The notes under the pieces were generated by a model that was not told the origin of the DNA, did no database searches, and was given only the letters and a program-made list of their open reading frames with translations. The position numbers were made by a program, and so were the translations under genes. Source: Candidatus Aenigmatarchaeota archaeon (GTDB lineage Archaea; Aenigmatarchaeota; Aenigmatarchaeia; QMZP01). Taken from it: DNA of 14,034 bases. The stretch spans positions 1-14,034 of the forward strand of contig JAWCLA010000004.1 in the NCBI GenBank assembly GCA_039091855.1, written 5' to 3'. Below, one piece after another: positions 8,039 to 13,870 of this stretch (the stretch's first letter is position 1; each line of letters opens with the position of its first letter).

Positions 8039-9043
8039 ATGAAACAGTTTTTGGCAGAAGATGTTGAAAAAACCAACAGGTTTATCATATTCACACTTTC
8101 TGCGTTTTTTGCCTGCGCTTTTTTTACAACTTTGGTTGCGAACGGGGCAGAGCTTGAATATTACGGAGTGGAAAGCACGATAAACGAGAACATGACCGTC
8201 AGCACTGTTGTAAACATAAGGTTCCTCAGGCCTGTAAAAAGTTTTGACTACACCTTGAACTACAGGATTTACGGACTTGATGTAACGGCAAACTTTGGAA
8301 CACCTGACTGCAGGCTTTTCGAAAGCGAGCAAGCAAGCAAGATAGTGTGCTCGCTTGAGGGAATGACTGAAAAAAACAACCTTCTGACCCTGAGGTTCCA
8401 GACAGGGGAGAAAATAACATCATTCAATAACAAATACAATTTCTCAACTGATTACAGCATTAACCTTCCTTCAAGGGAGGCATTCATACTGATAAAAATC
8501 CCGAAGAACAGCGTGCTTTCGGAGGAGCCAGCCAACCAGTCATACACACCGAGCGATGGAAAAATCCTGTCTGACGGCAAGCACATAATGGTTTATTGGC
8601 AAATGGAAAACCTCACAGAAACAGATGAGCTGAAGTTTTCGGTTTCTTATATGATACCATCAACGGGGGCTTTTTACAACAACATTCTTGTGGTTCTGGT
8701 TGCAGGAATGATAATAATATCAATGGTATCGGTTGCTGTTTACATCAGAAAGGGTTCAGGAAAGCCTGAGATAGAGATTCTCTCTTCTGTTCTAAACGCG
8801 GACGAGAAGAAGGTTGTTGACATACTTGCAAGGCACGGAGGGAAATCGGGGCAGAAAGTTATTGTTAGGGAGTCTGATTTTTCAAAGGCGAAGGTTTCAA
8901 GGCTTGTTAAGAGCATGAAGGAAAGGGGAATAGTGGAGATAGAGCCAATATCAGGAAGGGAGAACAGGATAATACTGAAGCTTGAGAGAAGGGAAGAGCC
9001 GTCTAAAGAGAAAGAGCCTTCACCGGAGACTGCAAAACAATAA
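8039..9043 (+). CDS. Membrane-anchored protein with extracellular domain and C-terminal winged helix-turn-helix (COG2512-like)
   Basis: N-terminal hydrophobic segment, beta-rich middle, TM helix ILVVLVAGMIIISMVSVAVYI, then LNADEKKVVDIL...QKVIVRESDFSKAKVSRLVKSMKERGIVE...GRENRIIL. ATG 8039 is preferred over GTG 7994. Confidence 0.8.
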   Translation: MKQFLAEDVEKTNRFIIFTLSAFFACAFFTTLVANGAELEYYGVESTINENMTVSTVVNIRFLRPVKSFDYTLNYRIYGLDVTANFGTPDCRLFESEQASKIVCSLEGMTEKNNLLTLRFQTGEKITSFNNKYNFSTDYSINLPSREAFILIKIPKNSVLSEEPANQSYTPSDGKILSDGKHIMVYWQMENLTETDELKFSVSYMIPSTGAFYNNILVVLVAGMIIISMVSVAVYIRKGSGKPEIEILSSVLNADEKKVVDILARHGGKSGQKVIVRESDFSKAKVSRLVKSMKERGIVEIEPISGRENRIILKLERREEPSKEKEPSPETAKQ

Positions 9044-9070
9044 TTGATTTTTTTGATAAAAGGAGAGAAA

Positions 9071-9445
9071 ATGGTTTCCACTAAAAAAATAAGGCGCTCC
9101 AAAAAACCCAAGTGGCAGCAGAGAATAGCAATGGAAAGGGTAGAAAGGCTTTTCTCCCTTGCTGACGAGGAGTTTGGCAAAAAACCCGAGAGATCGAATA
9201 ACTATGTGGCGCTTGCAAGAAAGATAGCGATGAGATACAACGTAAGGATTCCTCCTGAACTGAAGAGGAGGTTCTGCAAGAGCTGTCACAAATACCTGAA
9301 ACCGGGAATTAACAGCAGGGTGAGGACAAGCCCCAAACAGAGGGCTGTTATAGTGACTTGCCTCGAGTGCGGAAAAATAATGAGGCATCCCTACCGGAAA
9401 GAAAAGAAAATGCGCAGGCTGGCTGCTGTAAAAAGTCAAAAATAA
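9071..9445 (+). CDS. rnp4: Ribonuclease P protein component 4 (Rpp21)
   Basis: Motifs IAMERVERLF, YVALARKIAMRYNVRIP, KRRFCKSC and VTCLECGKIMRHP (zinc ribbon). ATG 9071 with SD AGGAGA. Confidence 0.95.
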   Translation: MVSTKKIRRSKKPKWQQRIAMERVERLFSLADEEFGKKPERSNNYVALARKIAMRYNVRIPPELKRRFCKSCHKYLKPGINSRVRTSPKQRAVIVTCLECGKIMRHPYRKEKKMRRLAAVKSQK

Positions 9446-9447
9446 TG

Positions 9448-9540
9448 TTCAAAAGGCGAACTTAAAGTGGAATTTCCAAAGGAACTTCTCCATAAAGTCA
9501 TAAAGTTAACTGATTACAAAAGGAAATGTCGCAAGGTGAA
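9448..9540 (-). repeat. Modular hairpin/core intergenic repeat, locus 3 (degenerate)
   Basis: Cores TTCAAAAGGCGAA (9448-9460) and GTCGCAAGGTGAA (9528-9540), each 11/13 to consensus. Hairpin GAATTTCC-AAA-GGAACTTC (9470-9488). 9495-9514 is the exact reverse complement of 13306-13325. Confidence 0.85.
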
Positions 9541-9544
9541 ATAT

Positions 9545-9871
9545 ATGATATCATGGGAAGATTTCGAGAAGGTTGAAATAAGGGCAGGAACCGTAAAAGA
9601 GGTTATGGATTTCCCTGAGGCTAGAAACCCTGCATACAAGTTGGTTATTGATTTTGGCGATTTTGGCATAAAGAAGTGCAGTGCGCAGATAACAGGATGG
9701 AAAAAGGAAGAGCTTGTGGGAACGCAGGTTGTGGCTGTAACCAACTTCAAGCCAAAGCAGGTTGCAAACTTTATGTCAGAATGCCTCGTTCTTGGAATAG
9801 TGCAGGATGGGAAATGTGTTTCTCTTTTGAGACCTGACAGGAAGGTTAAGGACGGGCTAAGAGTTTTTTAG
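9545..9871 (+). CDS. csaA: CsaA-like tRNA-binding/export chaperone (OB-fold)
   Basis: 108 aa from ATG 9545 with SD GGTGA. Motifs ISWEDFEKVEIRAGTV, FPEARNPAYKL, SAQIT and VTNFKPKQVANFMSECLVLG. Confidence 0.9.
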   Translation: MISWEDFEKVEIRAGTVKEVMDFPEARNPAYKLVIDFGDFGIKKCSAQITGWKKEELVGTQVVAVTNFKPKQVANFMSECLVLGIVQDGKCVSLLRPDRKVKDGLRVF

Positions 9872-10350
9872 GAACAAACCTTAACGTCAGCAACCTTTCC
9901 TTCTGTAATTTTCAAAAGTTCATTCGGGGTAAGCCTGAAAACGGAATTTGGGTTTCCTGCAGCAGCCCATATTTCACTTTGAGACAAAAGTTCTTCGTCT
10001 ATAAGTGTTGGTATTTTTTTGATGTGGCACGATGGCGGAACTCCTCCTATTGAAAACCCGGTGCTTTCCTTTACAAAGTCAGCGTCTGCCTTCTCAACAG
10101 GCTCTCCAAAAATGGACCCGACCTTTTTCTCATCAATCCTGTTGGAGCCGCTTGCCACCACAAGAACAGGCTTTCCTGTTATCCTTCCCCTGAACAAAAT
10201 GGATTTTGCTATCTGCTTTAGTGAACAGCCAACAGCCCTTGCTGCATCTTCAGAGGTCCGCGTTCCCTGTGGAAGTTCAACCGGGTTGCAGGAGAAGCCT
10301 TTTCGCTTCATCCTCTCCTGAAACATTTTCGTGCTTGCCGAAAGTTCCAT
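9868..10350 (-). CDS. YbaK/EbsC family aminoacyl-tRNA deacylase-like protein
   Basis: Motifs TRTSEDAARAVGC, QIAKSILF, TGFSIGGVPP and IWAAAG. Overlaps csaA tail-to-tail by 4 bp. Confidence 0.92.
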   Translation of the reverse strand: MELSASTKMFQERMKRKGFSCNPVELPQGTRTSEDAARAVGCSLKQIAKSILFRGRITGKPVLVVASGSNRIDEKKVGSIFGEPVEKADADFVKESTGFSIGGVPPSCHIKKIPTLIDEELLSQSEIWAAAGNPNSVFRLTPNELLKITEGKVADVKVCS

Positions 10351-10361
10351 AAAAATCTTCG

Positions 10362-10790
10362 CTATTTTGTGTCTATCATTATGGCCCCGCCTGTCATTCC
10401 GACGAACCTGTGAAGGAGCTCGGCGAGCGTGTTGAGTATTCCCTGAGCCTCACCTGCATCAAGGCTGATTTTTTCAGGCTCAAGTATCTCTATGGCAGAG
10501 GGGGCATAGTTCAAAACGAGGTAAACAAGCCTGTCGTAGTCCTTTGTGAGAACCTCAAGCTCAACAACAGAGGAGTATGCAACCTTTATGTTCGGGAAGG
10601 GGTTTTCAACCTTCTCTATCTTCTTGAAGTCTTTTTTTGGTATAATTACATCTTTCTCGTTTGCCATCTTCTTTACGTGCTTTTCCATTGCAATCCTTGC
10701 AGCGGACTCGCTCGTGGCAAGCGCCTCAATCATCATCCAGGACCTTATCCAGCCCTCTTTGAGCTTCTTTTTAACCTTCTCCTCTGACAT
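10362..10790 (-). CDS. Conserved hypothetical archaeal protein
   Basis: 142 aa with natural composition (YSSVVELEV, LVLNYAPSAIEILEP). TTTATATC at 10818-10811 suggests a leaderless transcript, probably shared with the YbaK gene (11-bp gap). Confidence 0.8.
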   Translation of the reverse strand: MSEEKVKKKLKEGWIRSWMMIEALATSESAARIAMEKHVKKMANEKDVIIPKKDFKKIEKVENPFPNIKVAYSSVVELEVLTKDYDRLVYLVLNYAPSAIEILEPEKISLDAGEAQGILNTLAELLHRFVGMTGGAIMIDTK

Positions 10791-10842
10791 ATACTCTATT
10801 TCCTCTCCGTGATATAAATATCCCGCCCAAAAAGCCTCAGCT

Positions 10843-11007
10843 TCACCACCTTGTTTTTCCCGGCTGGCAGAACCCTTCTGTGTAGAGCCTGCTGTTGCAT
10901 TCTGGATAGGTGCAGGACTCGCTGCACTCTTCCAGTATTCCCAATCCCTTAAGGCCGGTTTTGGCGTATTTTTTCAGCAAGTCGTGAAAGCTGTCCGTGC
11001 AAATCAT
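10843..11007 (-). CDS. Small Cys-rich hypothetical protein (54 aa)
   Basis: ATG (11007-11005) overlaps the TGA stop of the radical SAM gene (ATGA) and is preceded by SD-like AGGTGG. Sequence MICTDSFHDLLKKYAKTGLKGLGILEECSESCTYPECNSRLYTEGFCQPGKTRW. It fills an otherwise empty gap. Confidence 0.6.
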   Translation of the reverse strand: MICTDSFHDLLKKYAKTGLKGLGILEECSESCTYPECNSRLYTEGFCQPGKTRW

Positions 11008-12017
11008 TTCATCCACCTTTCTCCTGAAATGGGTATTTTTGTCCCACACTGGGGGCAGTTTTTCCTTATCAGCGAAACCTGATATCCAACCCTGTCTATT
11101 ACCTTTCTGCCGCATTTTGGACAATATGTGGATTCCTTGTCATGTGCATATATGTTTCCTGCGTAGACATATTTCATCCCCAAGCTTTCAGCAGTCTTTA
11201 CCGCCTGCTCTATTGTCTTCACGGGTGTTGGGCTGACATTCGTGAGCTTGTATTGTGGATAGAACCTTGAAAAGTGGAGAGGCGTTTCCTCACCGAGGTT
11301 TTCCTTTATCCAGCTCACAAGTTGCGCTATGATTTTTTCAGAGTCATTGTATCCTGGTATTAATAGTGTTGTTATCTCTATCCAAACGCCCTCTTTCTTG
11401 TAGACTTTAAGCGCCTCTTTTATTGGCCCCTCGCTTGGGATTCCACAGAGACGCTTGTAAAAAATTCCGTCACCCTTCATGTCAACGTTTATCGCATCCA
11501 TCAGCCTTGCGGCTTTTCTTGCCGGCTCAGGGTTTATGTAGCCGTTCGACACCCAGACGTTGTAAAGGCCCTCGTCCCTCGCGATTTTCATTGTTTCAAT
11601 CGCGTATTCAAAAAACACCGTCGGCTCTGTGTAAGTGTATGCTATTCCCGGCAGGTTGTATTCCTTTGCGAGCCCCACAACCCTTTCTGGCGGAATTTCC
11701 TCGGTTGATATGTTTTCAGGGCTTTCGGGGTGGGATATCTCCCAATTCTGGCAAAAGGAGCACAAAAGGTTGCACCCAACAGTTGCTATGGAAAGGCATT
11801 CCGTCCCCGGGGCGAAATGGAAAAGTGGCTTCTTCTCTATTGGGTCTATGTGAATCGAGCAGGGCCTTCCATAAGTCGTGGCTATGAGTTTGCCTTCCCT
11901 GTTTTCCCTTATCCCGCAAACCCCCCTCTTCCCCTCTTGTATCAGGCAGAATCTGGGACAGAGCTCGCACCTTGCCCTGTTGCCTGACATTCTTTTATAA
12001 AAAAGCGCCTCCTTCAT
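11004..12017 (-). CDS. amrS: AmmeMemoRadiSam system radical SAM enzyme (PFL-activase-like)
   Basis: N-terminal CELCPRFC...GVCGIR, DPIEKKPLFHF, radical SAM CNLLCSFCQNWEIS, AYTYTEP, PLHFSRFYP and C-terminal YAGN...TYCPKCG...CPQCG. Confidence 0.92.
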   Translation of the reverse strand: MKEALFYKRMSGNRARCELCPRFCLIQEGKRGVCGIRENREGKLIATTYGRPCSIHIDPIEKKPLFHFAPGTECLSIATVGCNLLCSFCQNWEISHPESPENISTEEIPPERVVGLAKEYNLPGIAYTYTEPTVFFEYAIETMKIARDEGLYNVWVSNGYINPEPARKAARLMDAINVDMKGDGIFYKRLCGIPSEGPIKEALKVYKKEGVWIEITTLLIPGYNDSEKIIAQLVSWIKENLGEETPLHFSRFYPQYKLTNVSPTPVKTIEQAVKTAESLGMKYVYAGNIYAHDKESTYCPKCGRKVIDRVGYQVSLIRKNCPQCGTKIPISGERWMK

Positions 12018-12038
12018 ACAGATTAAAATGTGATTAAG

Positions 12039-12048
12039 CTATAAATTA
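12039..12048. promoter_or_regulatory. TATA box positioned for both divergent genes (amrS and tRNA-Thr)
   Basis: CTATAAATTA reads TATAAATT about 31-24 nt upstream of the tRNA (+) and TTTATA about 29-24 nt upstream of the amrS ATG (-). Confidence 0.5.
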
Positions 12049-12070
12049 ATAGTTTATTCCGTCAGGATTT

Positions 12071-12193
12071 GCCTCCGTAGCTCAGCCGGAAGAGCGGCTG
12101 CCTCGTAAGTTTGAAGCAGGCGCAGCCTGCTTCCTTCCAAGCGAGCAGCAGGTCGTGGGTTCGATTTGATTCACGAGAAACCCACCGGAGGCT
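12071..12193 (+). tRNA. tRNA-Thr(CGU) with two introns (37/38 and 59/60), CCA not encoded
   Basis: Acceptor GCCTCCG/CGGAGGC plus T73, D stem GCTC/GAGC, anticodon stem GCTGC/GCAGC with CT-CGT-A, variable loop AGGTC and T stem GTGGG/CCCAC. Intron 1 is 12108-12143 (36 nt). Intron 2 is 12166-12179 (14 nt) with a clean BHB motif. Confidence 0.92.
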
Positions 12194-12243
12194 TTTGAAA
12201 TCCAGGTCTGAATATTTTTTAAGCCGAATGACAACTTTAATAT

Positions 12244-12831
12244 ATGAGGGCTGCGCTTTTTGCAATTGTAATTTCTGCATTAGTTGTTTGCGGGTGTGTT
12301 CAGCAGCCGCACACCTGCGAGCCGCCTTATATTATAAAAGGAAACGGATGCTGTATTGACAATAACAATAATGGAATATGTGACTCTGATGAGGAGCAGC
12401 CTGAAAACAGGGAAACAAAAAATTATGCACAATACGAGGTAAAGATGTATTTGTCTCAGTTTTCACCAGAGCCCGATTCCTGGTACAAGCTTCCACCATC
12501 TCCTGTCAGGCACGTTGAAAACTATCAGATATACAACTACCCGCAGAATGAAAGCTATTATGATGGCGGTTGGTTCATTCTTTACTCAAAATACCTTGAG
12601 GAACCCATAAGCTGCCTGTTGAGAGAATACCACAACTCCATAATTTATTCCGAGGAGAGCCTCAGGCTGACCAAAAAGGGCTTTTCAGGAAACGTCAGCG
12701 GCGTGGTTAAGCGCGCTCTTTTCCTTAAAACAGGCGTGCCGAGGGAGGTCAGGTATTCAATAGACTGCAGGGGAGAGGAAAGCGGCATACCATTCCAGGA
12801 CGCTTACGTGGTTCTCCTGAAACCGCCTTAA
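12244..12831 (+). CDS. Putative secreted protein or lipoprotein with Cys-rich, Ca-binding-like N-terminal motif
   Basis: Hydrophobic signal ending VVCGC, followed by CEPPYIIKGNGCCIDNNNNGICDSDE. 195 aa. Confidence 0.75.
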   Translation: MRAALFAIVISALVVCGCVQQPHTCEPPYIIKGNGCCIDNNNNGICDSDEEQPENRETKNYAQYEVKMYLSQFSPEPDSWYKLPPSPVRHVENYQIYNYPQNESYYDGGWFILYSKYLEEPISCLLREYHNSIIYSEESLRLTKKGFSGNVSGVVKRALFLKTGVPREVRYSIDCRGEESGIPFQDAYVVLLKPP

Positions 12832-12869
12832 TTTTACGAATGAGGCACTAAAGAATTCAAAAATAAACG

Positions 12870-13005
12870 ACAGCTCAAAAAGAGGCTGTTAAATATTTTC
12901 AAGGGGTTTTCGCTCTACAGTCGCAGGGTCACAGGAGTTGCCACTTCCTCGACCCTACCGAACTACCCTGTTAAGATATTGAGATGCGGAAGCCTCGAAA
13001 AGGCT
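12870..13005. other. Structured intergenic segment (candidate ncRNA or bidirectional terminator region)
   Basis: Nested stems GGGT/ACCC, TTCG/CGAA, AGGGTC/GACCCT (12925-12956) and AGGAG/TTCCT around loop TTGCCAC. Flanking small hairpins at 12870-12889 and 12991-13005. Confidence 0.35.
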
Positions 13006-13008
13006 GTA

Positions 13009-13275
13009 TTATATGTTGTATGCTATATAGCTCTGCCCGCTCGATGTGATTGTTTTTATAATCAGGTACAAAACAGCGCTGTCTATTATCAGGAACATCG
13101 CTATGAACGCTATGCCAATTATAAGAGAAGTTCCTGTTTCCCTTAGGTTGCAATCGCCGCTTTCAATTGAAGATATGCAGCTTATGTGCCTTCTTATCAC
13201 TGTGTCAAAAATGAAGAGCATAAAAAACGTCGATATGAATATTATCACCATTCCTATAGCGATTATTACTTTCAT
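13009..13275 (-). CDS. Small two-TM membrane protein (88 aa)
   Basis: Two long hydrophobic segments separated by a loop with a Cys pair. ATG start. Confidence 0.7.
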   Translation of the reverse strand: MKVIIAIGMVIIFISTFFMLFIFDTVIRRHISCISSIESGDCNLRETGTSLIIGIAFIAMFLIIDSAVLYLIIKTITSSGQSYIAYNI

Positions 13276-13279
13276 TCAC

Positions 13280-13373
13280 TTCGCCTTGTGACAATTTACT
13301 TTAACATCAGTTAACTTTATGACTTAACGGAAAGATGCTTCGCATCTTCAATTAAGGTTTCGCCTTGTGACAG
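13280..13373 (+). repeat. Modular hairpin/core intergenic repeat, locus 4
   Basis: TTCGCCTTGTGAC at 13280-13292 and 13359-13371, degenerate TTAACTTTATGAC at 13311-13323, hairpin AAGATGC-TTC-GCATCTT (13332-13348). Same layout as 9448-9540. Confidence 0.9.
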
Positions 13374-13387
13374 ATTCGACTGAAAAC

Positions 13388-13753
13388 CTAAATCCTTCTC
13401 AAATTCCTTATCTTGACTTCAAGTTCTGTGAGCTGCCTCTCGTAGTCCTGGGCAAGCCTCCTGTAAGTCTGCTCGTCTATCCTCTTCTTGAGGTATTTCC
13501 TCTCTATTGACTTTTTCATCTGCTCTATTTCGGATTTTTTGGCTTTCAGCGTGTCTATAAATTCGGTGTTGATTTTTCCCATGCTCCTAAAAACCAAAAG
13601 GAAAGCGAGCGAAAGGCCGACATACATTATTATGTATCCAAGCGCAGCGAGAGTCCCTATTATAGGGGTGAACCAGAAAGCCAATGCAAAAATGATGCCT
13701 GACATTATGAAGGTGGTTGCCCATACTATCTGCAGCTTGTCCTCGTGCCTCAC
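13388..13753 (-). CDS. Membrane protein with two TM helices and a charged coiled-coil C-terminus
   Basis: 121 aa, GTG start with SD-like GAGGCGAG. C-terminus KYLKKRIDEQTYRRLAQDYERQLTELE. Confidence 0.75.
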   Translation of the reverse strand: MRHEDKLQIVWATTFIMSGIIFALAFWFTPIIGTLAALGYIIMYVGLSLAFLLVFRSMGKINTEFIDTLKAKKSEIEQMKKSIERKYLKKRIDEQTYRRLAQDYERQLTELEVKIRNLRRI

Positions 13754-13798
13754 AATACTCGCCTCGCAAAGCCGTTAATAATATTATTTTTGGTTTGG

Positions 13799-13851
13799 AA
13801 TTATAAATTAATGTGCGGGCAAATCCGCACATTAGATTCATATTTATAATT
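13799..13851. promoter_or_regulatory. Divergent promoter pair flanking a palindromic operator-like site
   Basis: TAATGTGCGG-N6-CCGCACATTA (13809-13834) lies between symmetric TTTATAAT boxes at 13807-13800 (-) and 13843-13850 (+). Confidence 0.6.
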
Positions 13852-13870
13852 TCTTCTACAAAGATTACCT

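Noticed and set aside
7900-8094. 64-aa minus-strand ORF
   Set aside because: It overlaps the HTH gene start and repeat locus 2, with no coding support.
12062-12359. Short ORFs across the tRNA
   Set aside because: The region is explained by the tRNA-Thr gene and the lipoprotein start.
12901-12970. 5S rRNA, tRNA-Gly or cobalamin riboswitch
   Set aside because: It lacks 5S conserved motifs and a T arm. The minus-strand GCGACTGTA resembles one cobalamin riboswitch motif, but GGGAA and the B12 box are missing and it is not in a 5' UTR.
13280-13373. Integron attC sites
   Set aside because: There are no RYYYAAC/GTTRRRY ends or whole-site dyad symmetry, most flanking genes at the other loci are housekeeping, and no integrase is present.
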